A stretch of 64,000 bases of DNA from Podarcis erhardii. Its lineage: Eukaryota. The first letter of the stretch is position 1. Each line of letters opens with the position of its first letter. The notes below the pieces were generated by a model, which was not told the DNA's origin, ran no database searches, and saw nothing but the letters and a program-made list of their open reading frames with translations. Made by a program: the position numbers and the translations under genes. Below, in pieces: positions 48,490 through 60,592 of the stretch. The stretch is from assembly GCA_964252035.1 (NCBI GenBank), contig OZ176208.1. One strand, written 5' to 3'.

Positions 48490-49047
48490 CATACCCTCCA
48501 ACATTTTCCGATGAAAGTAGGGATGTCCCATTCCATAATGATAATTTTACTATTTATACTACACACATCTTACTGGCTTTCCCTGGCACTCTGGGCAGCT
48601 TTCAACATACTGTGGTACCTCAGGTTACAGACGCTTCATGTTACAGATTCCGCTAACCCAGAAATAGTACCTTGGGTTAAGAACTTTGCTTCAGGATGAG
48701 AACAGAAATTGTGTGGCAGCAGCGGGAGGCCCCATTAGCTAAAGTGGGACTTCAGGCTAAGAACAGTTTCAGGTTAAGAACGGACCTCCAGAATGAATTA
48801 AGTTCTTAACCCGAGGTACCACTGTATATAGAAACATAATAAAACATTAAACATTAAAAAAGCTTCCTTATACAGGATTGCCTTGATATGGCTTGGGGGT
48901 CGGATAACTCCACAACCTTTAACATTTCTCCAATGAAAATAGGGACATTCTAAGGAAAAGTGGGACATTCTGGGATTAAATCAGAAACCGGGATGGGTTC
49001 TCTAAATAAGGGACGTCCCTGGAGAATAGGGACACTTGGAGGGTCTG
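48490..49047 (+). mobile_element. non-autonomous DNA element with CATACCCTCCAA termini, carrying a nested Tigger MITE
   Basis: CATACCCTCCAAC...TTGGAGGGTCTG; colinear with the empty copy at 54009-54334. Confidence 0.85.
48610..48824. mobile_element. Tc1/mariner (Tigger-like) MITE, nested
   Basis: TA|CTGTGGTACCTC...GAGGTACCACTG|TA. Confidence 0.92.
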
Positions 49048-49258
49048 TGGCTGCTATAAACCCCTCATTGCCTCAACAGTTCTTTCTAGACACCCTATTT
49101 TACTAACAGTTCTAGCCTATAAGTGTCTACAGAGAAGTAAGTCCCACTGTTTTGTCTCTGTGTGTATGGGTAAGTTTGTATAGGATTGCAGCCTTACAGG
49201 GCAATCTGAACTCCCTTGGACAGCTGTCTTGGGTGGGCGGGTGGGGTTAGGTGAAGAC

Positions 49259-49501
49259 TGTTATATACTGAGCTTGGATCCTATAACAATAGGCAGGTAG
49301 GATCCTAGAATGCAACAGCCTGATTGGCCTGCAGGAACAGCCAATCAGGCCCCAGGAGGAAAGCAGAATCAGTCAATCACACGGGACCCATTGTGTAAAT
49401 AATGTATATAAAGACAGAGGTTTGGGGCGGAATTTCAATCACTGTTTTTAGGAGCTACAATAAAGAGCATGAAATCACTATGCGACTCAGAGTATATTTC
49501 A
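49259..49501 (+). mobile_element. complete solo LTR (243 bp; Gypsy- or ERV1-type)
   Basis: TG...CA ends with imperfect inverted termini TGTTATATAC / GTATATTTCA, exact 4-bp TSD AGAC (49255-49258, 49502-49505), CCAAT boxes, TATATAAA at about 49405 and AATAAA at about 49459. Confidence 0.9.
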
Positions 49502-50952
49502 AGACCATGGATGTGGAACTCTGCCTGCTCCCCACCTCATGCTGTGACTGGTGCAAACAGGTATTGCTTTGGAAGTGGTGGTGAATCTGCCACTTAGTCC
49601 CCACCCCACTTATAGCAGTATACATACCATTCCTCGAAATTATTAAAACAAGTGTGTTAAAGCCAATATACATAAACTCATAGGTTATTTCCACTGTGTA
49701 AAATAAATGAATATTTATTTCAACTATTTATATACCGTTTAATCACCAGTGTTTCTGAGTGGTGCACGTAAACACTGCAAAAAAAGCATATAATGAATAA
49801 AATCTATTAGAATTAATTTTAAACCAGAAATTTACTTGCAAAGAGTGGTATCCAGAGTGAGACCCCCTGGAATTGATGGCCATAGGTTACTTAACTCTGG
49901 ATGTGACTAATTTTGGATATCACCAAATCTATTTATTTATTAACAGTATTTATACTCTGCGCAAAAAACACTGGGAGGCTTATACTGGTAAAAATAAAAA
50001 CATAATAAAACACAAAGCAAAAACAAACAAACAAACAAAACACAGCATTGTATCTCCAGCAGTAAAGAACAAAATCAGTGTAACAAAACTCTAAAACAGC
50101 AGCAAAAACATATCTTACACAGATTTTAACATTAAAATTTTTGTTTTGAGGCATGGGATAATAAAAAGATCTTCACTGGGCACTGAAAAGGCTAGAAAGT
50201 AGGCCTAATTTAGCAAATTTAACAAGGCCCATCTGTTCAAATAACAGGAAAACATGTTTTTGGTTTGGGGCCCTGAAATCCAAGTCATCATACAACAAAA
50301 GCAGCCGAGAGATGCCCTCATTTAATGTATTCCTCTCCCGACTCATTTAACAAGGTTGCTCACCTCCATATGGAAGGAAGTGCACTGAATGCTATTGACT
50401 GGTTTGCGAACCCTAAATTGTTACAAAATGACCTGATACAAATGATTATTAAAAGGCCACAAACCCACATCCTGCTCATTTCACTGGAGAGAGCACTTCA
50501 TTTGTATTCAGATGCAGTGAAGGAATTAGTCAAGGTCACTGGGAAAATATTGGCTCCTTGAAAAAGCAGGACTGAAAAACATAATAGCCGTTTCCTTTCT
50601 GCTTTGATTTCCTCCTCTCGCATAACCAAGGCGTTATGCTTTAATTTCTCTTTCCATCCTCCATTTGGATTTTGTGGGATAATGTTGCTAAGTGTTCTAC
50701 CAGTTCCCTCCTGGCTTTGTTGTGGTGTTTCATGGTCTGTTGGCAACAGGGCTCTAAGCTACAGGCTGGCTTCTCCATGCAACCACTGCTGACACACCAA
50801 AGCGGGACTTGTGTGCATCATCCCTACTCACACTGAGAATTTGCTCCAATTCTCAAATGTCAAGTTTGTGAGAGACTCCCTTAAAAAGTGGCATGAGCTA
50901 TTTGAGTTTTATTCATCTGGAGTGAATTCTCAACGGCGGCATACAGACCAAT

Positions 50953-51060
50953 TAAAGCACATTACTTTCCCCAAAGAATGCTGGTGTATATATAGTTTGT
51001 GAATGGTGTTGGGAATAAACCACAGTTCCCAGGACTCTTTGGGGAAAGTCATGTGCTTTA
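50953..51060. mobile_element. foldback MITE with 32-bp arms
   Basis: TAAAGCACATTACTTTCCCCAAAGAATGCTGG pairs 29/32 with the reverse complement of 51029-51060. Confidence 0.8.
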
Positions 51061-52691
51061 GACATATAATGTGTACACAACCTAAACTGGAGTATCATTG
51101 AAGGCCAGCTATCTAGTGCAAACTAGCCCTAGGTAGCATGACTAGCGTCCAGGTAAAACAAGACTCAACATCCCACATCTCCAGGGAGTGGAAAAGGCAT
51201 TTTTCTTTGTGACAAGTCTCTTCCTTTTGAGGAGCTGCATATCTACAGAATCATAAAATGATCCCACCTACCAAAAGAAGACAACCAGCTTCTTGTCTTT
51301 TCAAGCCATCTCCAGTAGGTTCCTTTATCAGGGGTGAAACTACGCTTTATTTCACCAGGGTCAAAGATCCAGTTTGGTACCTCCCATGCACATTTGCGTA
51401 CATACACACACAGGCTGGGAGCCTCTGGAGGCTTTACCTGGGACAAAAAGCCTGGCTAGCCCCCCCCCCCAGCTGCAGCTCTGCCTTTACAATTTAATCA
51501 AGTTGGGCAGACAAGCTTTTCAAAAAGACCGACTCCTTGTGTTGTAATGCACAGTGAAAGGCGTGTTCTAGGGAGCACTTTCAGATCTTCTAGAACCATA
51601 CCGAACCCCCCAAAGGCCCAGTCACTGTCTGGATGAGGCACATGATGCTAGGGATGTACAAACATGTCACAAACTGTTCCAACATTCATCTGCATGTCCG
51701 CCTGGTATTTTTTCCTTTCCCCTGCAATTGGTTTATTTTGTGCATGCTTTTCTTCCATTTCATTGTCCGCTGATGCAGAAATATACATTTCCCCATGTAT
51801 TCTCGCATGGTAGGCATTCACATCTCAGCTATCAACAGATATTTATAAATAAGTTACTTTCCTGGTGAGTTTCCTTTCAAAATTAATGAATTTCCAGAGA
51901 GGTAGCCCTGGAAGGCTTTTGAAGCAAGACCAACAAAGAGTCCTGTGCCACCTTAAAGACAAAGTTAATGAAGTGGCTAATGGCATAGCACAAAGCTATC
52001 ACTTTGTGATTGCTAACCACATCTACTCAGAAGTAAGTCCTACTAAATTCTATTGGCCTTATTCCCTGGGCTTGGGTTTAAGCCTCACAATTTTTGATTT
52101 TATACTTCAGTATACTGGTTTCTGTGCTTGGATACCAATAAAGACATATATTGTTTGATGCAGTATGTACCTGAAGTATACACAGTGTCTGATCTTAGTG
52201 TGCTTGAGTGCATATTTCATAAGTTGTATATGTTTTATTAACAAAGGCACATTCTATGCAGGCAGTGACATGACTGAGGGTTTTCCTTTCTAGCAGAGAA
52301 CAGGAAGCTCAGCTGGTCAGTCCTGCAGCATGCAGAGCTTGTCTACCTATGACTCTCTTATGCTGTACCAATCTTCGGTAAGGAATAATTGTTTAATAAT
52401 ACTGACTTCACAAATTGCATTTTCACAGCTATCCAAACACAATAATCACTTGCTTGAGTAACCTCAGATGAGAAAAATGAAACATGTGAATTGACCCAAC
52501 TGTGTTAAAGTGATGATCAATGCACTTTAAATTAATCCCACTGAAAGCAATGGACCATGCAGAGTGAACAGATTCAAGAATTGCCTTTTGTATGTAAAAG
52601 CCAGGTCTTGGGCAATGGAGGCAAAGCTATTTGTTTCTTGAAGACAGGTGCCAAGGATACAGGCTGGGCTCCAAAAAGATGCTCAGCAGAA

Positions 52692-52750
52692 AAGAAGAAG
52701 AAGAAGAAGAAGAAGAAGAAGAAGAAGAAGAAGAAGAAGAAGAAGAAGAA
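52692..52750 (+). repeat. perfect (AAG)~19 microsatellite
   Basis: Read directly; source of the spurious poly-K and poly-F ORFs. Confidence 0.97.
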
Positions 52751-54008
52751 AAGTTGCCCATCTGACTGGGGCATGTTCTCTGTCAGAGACTAGTGACTAA
52801 GTAATGAGTGAATTATAACAACTGAATGTTTTATTTTAGTGGGTCCTAAAGAATCAGTAGCTATTGGCAGCAGAAACAAGGCTGAAAAGATACTTTCAGG
52901 GTGTCCTTGAAGCAGAATCTGCATCTTACTAATCTATAGTCAGCTAACTACATGAGAAGCTAATGAAGGCTGACTATGATTATAATGTCATTTATGTTTC
53001 TCATGCAGGAGGCATTGCTCAGTTGAGAAATTATGCTGTGTGTTCACTTGCAGGGATTAAAAAAAAACAACCCCGGTGAAATTGGCTGGCTTCCCAAGCC
53101 GCAGCTGATCTTTTCCACGCTGCACATGTTGGAGCGTTGTCCCTTCCCTCACATCACTTTTCATTTTAAAGGGTGGGTAAGATCAGATGTGATTCTACAG
53201 GGCAGGGGTCCCCCCTCCCGACTCCAAGCAACTTAATGAGGTGGGGTGGGACTGGATCAAAAAGCTGGTAGAAATGGGGTCACGGAGAGGTTAAACTTCA
53301 TGAATTTATTCATTGGGATGCAGCTCATGAACTCCTGAAATGAGATGTCATCATTAACATTGTAGATAGCACTGTTGCACTAGGGTAGTTCATGGAAAGT
53401 GGTCGAGGGGAAGGGAGGGGAAGAAAAAACAACAGCAACATGGAAATGGTCCTCATAGTGGTTTTTATATGCTCTTAGGGCAGAAGATAAATCCACTGTG
53501 GAGGGGAAGGAGTGCGGAAACATCCAATGCTTGCATTCAGTGCTTTAAGAAGTGAGATCCGTTCTGGCCTTTAAATATATGCCCTTCTTCCCAAGATTAC
53601 TAGACAGCTGCATACATAAGGAGTGGTCTTCAGTCTTTAGTAAAGGGCTGAGGAATCTGTGGTCCTCTAGATTTTGGACTACAAATCCTATCACTCCTTT
53701 GGCTGTGATGGCTGGAGCTGATGGGAATTGGAGTCCAACAACATCGGAGAGGCCATAGCTTCCCTATTCCTGCTTCAGTGTAAAACTGGGTAAGTGAATA
53801 ATACAGGATGCTTCGGAAATACATATATATGGTTTCCCTTTATTTTCATTTCTCACTCCTCCTTGTTGTATTCCTTTTGAAATTCCTTTAAAGAAACATA
53901 GTCTCAATTCAAGTATATTTTGGTACACCTAGCTGGCGGGAGCAGAATGTAAATAACAAACCTGTTATCTGAAATGACATTTATCCATGACATAACTTGT
54001 GATAACTA

Positions 54009-54334
54009 CATACCCTCCAACATTTCTCTGATAAAAATAGGGATGTTCCATTCCACAATGATAAGTTTACTGTTTATATCACACACATCTTACTGGGTTG
54101 CCCCAGTAATAATAAAACATTAAACATTAAAAAAAAAAAAAACTTCCCTATATAGGATTGCCTTCAGACGGCTCAGGGGTCAGATAACTCCAGAGTCTAT
54201 ACCCTCCAACATTTCTCCAATGAAAATAGGGACAGCCTAAGGAAAACAGGGACATGCCGGGATAAAATCAGAAACCAGGACGGCTTCGCTAAATCAGGGA
54301 CGTCCCTGGAAAATAGGGACACTTGGAGGATCTG
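54009..54334 (+). mobile_element. non-autonomous DNA element with CATACCCTCCAA termini
   Basis: CATACCCTCCAAC...TTGGAGGATCTG flanked by direct repeat TAACTA (54003-54008, 54335-54340). Confidence 0.85.
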
Positions 54335-54339
54335 TAACT

Positions 54340-54450
54340 ACACTTATTTTTATTATATATTTTGTGTTTTTTATATTGTAATTTTATGTTGTGAACCGCC
54401 CAGAAATCTATGGATGAAGCAGGATATACAAATTTAATAAATAATAATAA
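54340..54450 (+). mobile_element. L2 3' end
   Basis: TTTTATGTTGTGAACCGCCC...GATATACAAATTTAATAAATAATAATAA. Confidence 0.7.
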
Positions 54451-55509
54451 AAAATTTCTAGAGCACATCACACACACACACACACACACACCCTATCCTT
54501 GAAAGCAAGGGGTTTGGAAGATTTGCAGGAATCTGAAAACAAATCCTGGCTGTGTTTTGAGTTGTGGAAATTTTAAATGTCAATGACCTGTTCTAACTCA
54601 AGGATCAGTAGGTGGGAGAAGTTCCTTTCTACTATGATGTCAGCAGATGTCTGGTTTCTGTATTGGTCTGAATGACAATTTTGCACAAACTTTCTGGCAG
54701 AGTCTGTCTAGTTTTTCATTGATCTGTAAGCTGCTCTAGGAGCCCTTTTGGCTGAAGATCAGGCTAGCAATACTATAATTAACAGAAAACACAGAGCAGT
54801 ATAATGCTAGAACAGAAATCTTCTGAGTCCAGGTTCCTAGAATGTTAGATGAACATGAAACTAATGAAACCCACCATGTACCTTCCTGTTTCTTTCTTAT
54901 TTCTTTTCTCTGGAATAGCCTTGACACTGCTTGGGGGGGGGGCACCACTCTTGTGGGGATGGGGGAACTGGTAGATGTATGAAATTAGATCACATAATAT
55001 GTGGATTTGGATGGAGGGACAAAGAGATATGCAGTAAGAGCAGCAGATAAAACTGGCTCATAAATTCAGGCTAATGGAAGTGGGGTTTTCTCTGCAAAAT
55101 CCTTAACAGCAGGGTTTATTAAATCCACTCCTGTTTTGCATTCTTTAGTTCTCAGCTTTCACTGCCATGCTGGTTTGGAATGGATTAGCCGTCCAGATAG
55201 TCCTAATCATTGTGTTTCCTTGTGCCACTAAATATTTGTAAGGTTATACTTTCAGCGAAACCACCATCTATCGGCTTCTGGGATTAATTTAAACATCCTT
55301 TGGACTCCCCCACCTTTCAGCCTTCCTGGACAGTTAAATGTTGAAAGAAGGGAAGGGGTGCATATCTACTATCATACACCGTTGGTATGATTTAATGGAG
55401 AATTTTTTTTTAAAAAAGTTTCAATTTAACATCACTGGATAATTTCTAAATTGCAGTCCCCAAGGAGGGTGTTTTCAATGCGACAAGAAAGGAAGAACAA
55501 CTCACTGTC

Positions 55510-55857
55510 CCATGGTGCTGTGGGTTAAAGCACAGAGCCTAAGACTTGCCAATCAGAAGGTCAACGGTTCGAATCCCCATGACAGGGTGTGCTCCCATTG
55601 TTCGGTCCCTGCTCCTGCCAACCTAGCAGTTTGAAAGCACGTCAAAGTGCAAGTAGATAAGTAGGTACTGCTCCGGCGGGAAGGTAAACAGCATTTCCGT
55701 GCGCTGTTCTGGTTCGCCAGAAGCGGCTTGGTCATGCTGGCCACATGACCCGGAGGCTGTATGCCGGCTCCATCGGCCAATAAAGCGAGATGAGCTCCAC
55801 AACCCCAGAGTCGGTCACAACTGGACCTAATGGGCAGGGGTCCCTTTACCTTTACCT
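55510..55857 (+). mobile_element. Sauria SINE (Podarcis-type subtype)
   Basis: GGTGCTGTGGGTTAAA...GGTTCGAATCCCC...CCTGCCAACCTAGCAGTTTGAAAGCAC...GTCCCTTTACCTTTACC. Confidence 0.93.
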
Positions 55858-57228
55858 TAATAATGGACAGCTTTACTCATTCCTGTATAAGAGACTCTTG
55901 TCACCTTCTCTAGTCCAAGCAATTAGAATTGATGTTAGACAGTGGGCTATTTTATGCCTTTCCCTTTATGCATAGAATAACTGCATGGGGATAATAAGAC
56001 AGGGGTTGTGCCTACTACCTGACACTGTCCACCTTGCTAGCCCCACTTTCAACACCTCAACATTTGTTGGGAGATCTGTAAAGGGGACTTGAACAAATGC
56101 AATGCTAGCATGGAGGTTCTCTGTGCAACCAGAATTCTAGGTAATTGGGGATCCTTATCTCCCAGGGCTCCTTCAGCAGAAAGGGTAGGATATAAATTGA
56201 ATAAATAAATGTATAATCCTGAATAAATCTTCGTTGTGTTGACAGCCTATGACTATACAGGGGAATGCACATAGGCTTCCATTTACAGAGAGAATATTGG
56301 ATTCATGGATGTTGGGGGCATGGTGAGTGAGAGTGATCCCATTCTCTCTTCCACACGCTCAGTGTATTTCTGTAGGGAACGAATGAAAAAGGACTACCTT
56401 ATCCCCAAGTATGTTGATTAGATGCTGCTAACAGTAACACATTCATTAAGGATCGTGTTATTTTGTTTAATTAATTTCCTTTGAATACCAAAGGAAATCC
56501 TTGTTCTAAGTGTACTGCTATTAACTACAATGGATTTCTAATAAAGATGTAGCTGGCTAGCTGCTATAATATGTCCAACATAGGATATGAGCTAGTAATA
56601 TACACAATTATTGGAAAGGAATAGAGGTTCCCCTCCCCAGCAGCTCCCAGTATCCCTGGAAATAGGAATATTAGAAAACAAAGAAATTTTGAGGACGGCA
56701 GCACTGGCTGATTGTGATTGAGTTCAGGTGAAAATGTGTCCCCTTGGGACAGCCCCAGTGTTTACAGAGTGATTTTGTGTGTGGACGGTGAGTGAATTTG
56801 AATGCTAGTCAAGGGGAATCACTGCATTTCTTATGCTGATATCCTGTTGTTCCCCCAAGAAGCAGATTTTTGATCAGTGAAAGGCAGCAGCTCTCTTTTC
56901 TGTCATTTGAAGTTATTCACACAGGCTCAAAGCATGAAAGAGGAAGGTGCAGCATAGGAACAGATAGAATAGAGCAAGGTTTCACTTGAACCAGAATGGA
57001 ACCAAGCTGTGGGTGCTAAATATAAATTTTCAAGACTGTCAGGGTAGCTTTTAAACTGATTTCTGGGCAGAAGCCGGCAGAGAATATCAATAATAAAAAA
57101 GAGGAAATACATCACCAGAAAAGGAGGACGAAATGATGACGCAACTATAAACAGCATTTACAAATACTAGTTTGTATGTATTAATGCAAATCTACCAATA
57201 TTTACTGCATTAAATAGGTGTTTGGGGT

Positions 57229-57360
57229 CATGGGCATAGCCAAGGGGGGCAGGGGGCAGCTTCCCATCCTAAATCAAGTAAAGCAATAAAAGTAACTGAG
57301 GTTCTGCCTTCCCAACATGGAGCCTGCCCCCCCCCAACATAAATCCTGGCTATGCCCATG
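57229..57360. mobile_element. 132-bp MITE
   Basis: Perfect 14-bp TIR CATGGGCATAGCCA / TGGCTATGCCCATG. Confidence 0.8.
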
Positions 57361-57369
57361 TATGGGGTG

Positions 57370-58190
57370 TTAGGGGAAGGGTAGTACCTCTGGTAGGGAT
57401 ACATCATGCTCCTTCTGGGGTAGTTTGTCCATCTTTGGTCTCCACCCTGCATTCAGCTCATCTGTGGCTCCTGGAAGCTGTCAGCATGTGACAGCAGCCG
57501 CATCTCAGGAAACAGCTTTGACTGGTCAGCTAAACCAGATGAGGGTAGCTGATGGGATTCGAACCCTTGGTGAGTTAGGAACTTCCCCTCCATGCAAAGA
57601 CAGGCTCCGGTGGGACAAGCGGACGAGACCAATAGCGGGTCCAATGGTCAAGAAGGTGGTTTGTGTCATTCTGGGTAGGTAGATCATCTAGGAGAAGGAA
57701 AGCTCTGATCCTAAATCTTCATTGCCAACATTGTGTAAATGCTACACAAATCTGGAGTGAAGTCCCTAAGACAGTTGCATGGAGCCCTGTATGCCTCCTT
57801 CTAGCAACTTCTGTTGTCAAGTTTGTGCCAAATGTATTGTTCTGCTTTCCTTTGGACCACATCAGCAAGGCTGAGAGAGTGGTCTTGTTGTCTGGGCAGC
57901 CCAGTACCTCCATACACACTGCCCAGGCTTGCGCCCTGAGGAGGTCACTTTGGTGTTGCTAATGCAGCCGTTCGACTTCACCCCTAGAGGTGCACTCCAT
58001 TGTCTCTCAAGTTATGTGAATGCCAACATAGAAAGTATATCTCATGATAGTGGATGCGGAAGACCACCCAGGTGACCCATGGCCTGCTCAGTTTGCTGAC
58101 CATACATGAACTGTTGATGGGCACCTTCAATTCGCTGGCCATATATGAACTGATAATGGGCATCTTCAATGCCCCTGCTCTCCTTTCTTA
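57370..58190 (+). mobile_element. probable 5' region of an RTE-clade LINE
   Basis: GCTAAACCAGATGAGGGTAGCTGA, GGTCAAGAAGG and ATCTAGGAGAAGGAAAGCTCTGATCCTAAA resemble squamate RTE 5' sequence as I recall it; no ORF recognised. Confidence 0.4.
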
Positions 58191-58673
58191 TGGTTCTTTG
58201 GCTTTGAATTGTACTTGGGACAAACAGCCCTGAAGCACAGCAGTCTGTCCTCTACAATTTGGACAGATGGCCACCTGACTCTGAAATGGTTCTAGACAAT
58301 CAAAACAGAATTGCTTTGGGAGGCTCAAGGAGTGCTGCAGAAAAGGAAAGGAGAAGGGAAAGGCTTCTGCTTTCATAACAGAAGCTCTAAGTCACTGATT
58401 GTTATAAACCCTTCAACTGACATATTTATTTATTATTTTATGATCAATACTCTATTTCTTTCACCATAAAGAGGATCCTCAGAAACAATCCTTACAATCA
58501 CATCTTTTTTGTGTGTTAAATAAATACGTAAATGAATGACATTATTTTGTGTTTCGAAAAATAAATCATTAAACACAAGCACACACAATTAACTGTACAA
58601 TTCTCTGCATATTTAAGCACAAGTGAGTCCCACATTCAAAGCCAAATAAGGAGAGTAGCGCTTTCCCTTTTTT

Positions 58674-58834
58674 TTACATCATTGAAATGTATGATGATGC
58701 AGACTCTCCCTTGACGGTTACAATGTATGCAGGATCAATTCTCTGGCTGTCAAACAGCAACCCCAACACTTTCCCCATAAATAGCAGGGTCATCCAGCCC
58801 AAGGTTATATTGATTGTAATACAAGTAAACACAC
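58674..58834 (-). other. candidate exon or conserved block behind a very strong acceptor
   Basis: Acceptor AACTTCTTTCTTTTTACAG|GT; one frame open for 52 codons (VFTCITINITLGWMTLLFMGKVLGLLFDSQRIDPAYIVTVKGESASSYISMM*); protein not recognised. Confidence 0.3.
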
Positions 58835-60384
58835 CTGTAAAAAGAAAGAAGTTTGAAACCTCTGGAAGAACGAGTGAAATTCTTAGCAAAGAATAATCTT
58901 TTTCTTCTTTGCCCCCCATCACTTAAAGCAAGTGAGAGTGAGGGCGATTAAAATGAAGATCTGAACATTTTTGTGCATTGTGAAATCAGGAAGCTCATCT
59001 GGTGCTGACTGCTATCTTTTCAGCACCAGGTGAAAACTCCCACCCTCCTCCACTCCAATTGTTGACTCATGGGTTTATCTAGCTTCAAAATGCTCTTCAG
59101 CTCCATATTCTCTGTAAATTTTTGATGATACCGCATCATTTTCAGCATTCGCTAAAGAGTTTTTGGGGGAGCTGTTTTACTCCCAAAGACATCTATATAT
59201 CTAAAGTCTTAAAATGGATAAAATAAAAACTAAGACACCACTGGGAAGGAGAGATGCTCTATTGCACCACAAAATTTATATATATAAAGTAAGTAGTGTT
59301 GGCTCAGATCTCTGTTATTCATTATTTTTGCAGCAGCATTTGTTTGAAATCATTTTTTAAAAATAAGATGTTATTTATTATTTCTAGTTTATCTCAAGCT
59401 TGACTAGGGAAAGGAAACTGATTTCAGATCATATAGCATTTTTATGATAATAAGAAGTGTGTGTTTTAAAATTACTTGTTTTGTGTGTTGGAATCCAAAC
59501 AAATGAAATGCTTTTTTTGAAAACTTGTCAGTACCAACTTATACACATCTACATACAAGTAGGTTCCATTGAGCTGAGTGGACCTGACTCTTGGGTAAGT
59601 GGGTAGAGGATTGCAGCCTACGTAAAGCCAGCTCTGAGCACAATTCATTATGGGGTGTGTATATCCAAAGACATGTGAGAGAAGCAGATTTCCTTTCATA
59701 CAACCCAAGCCATGATTCCCATTAGTATGCGGAAGGAAATATATTTGAGGATGCCAAAGCAAATGAAGAAAAATGAAGGGAGGACTTATGTCTTGCAAGG
59801 AAATGGGAATCTGAAGTTCTGCATAAACTATAAGCAATGATAATGCCTCCGCAGTACAGCAAAGCTACATCAGATCATGTTGGGATGATAAATTGACTAT
59901 ATATAGTTAGGCTGGTGTGAGCTGCTGGGGAGAGTAATGAATCACCAAATACAGATAGCAGTGAAGCTTACCCTGCAGGGGCTAGTCTAAACAAATGAGA
60001 TGTTGCTGTAAAGCAAAGTATCAGGAGCAAAATTACATGCTTATTTGCACCCTGGGGAAATCCCCACTGATGCCTATTGCTTTGTAGGGAAGGGGCACTG
60101 CATATATCACAGCTGAAAGACTGGAGACAAGGGACACAATTCACAGGGAAGTTCTCCTGCACAACCCTTCATCCTTCTGCTTCCATTTATTTTGGTAGGG
60201 CTCATGCACATCACTTTGGCACTCCTTTCAGTGATGGGAAGTAAAAAAAATAATTGAATAAACTAAGCCGGTGAATGAAATGATGGGACAGGTATTTATT
60301 TTGGTGGCCACTTATGCACCCCAGGAAAGAAGGGTACACACCACCCAAAAAGATGACCAAAGACAACACAGATATGAATAAAAT

Positions 60385-60544
60385 CTTCTTCTTCTGCGAT
60401 CACTCATAGCCGAGTAAGATTGTCTTCCATTAACACTGTTTTAACAATGAGTCCATAAGTGACTGTGGAGGCCAGTTCTGGATCCACACTTCCTTCCACA
60501 GTGGAGACATCGGTTTCCGGGAGGGAGGTGATCACAGTGTGGAT

Positions 60545-60592
<48 letters not shown>

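Noticed and set aside
52557-52793. Poly-Lys and poly-Phe ORFs
   Set aside because: Translation of the (AAG)n microsatellite.
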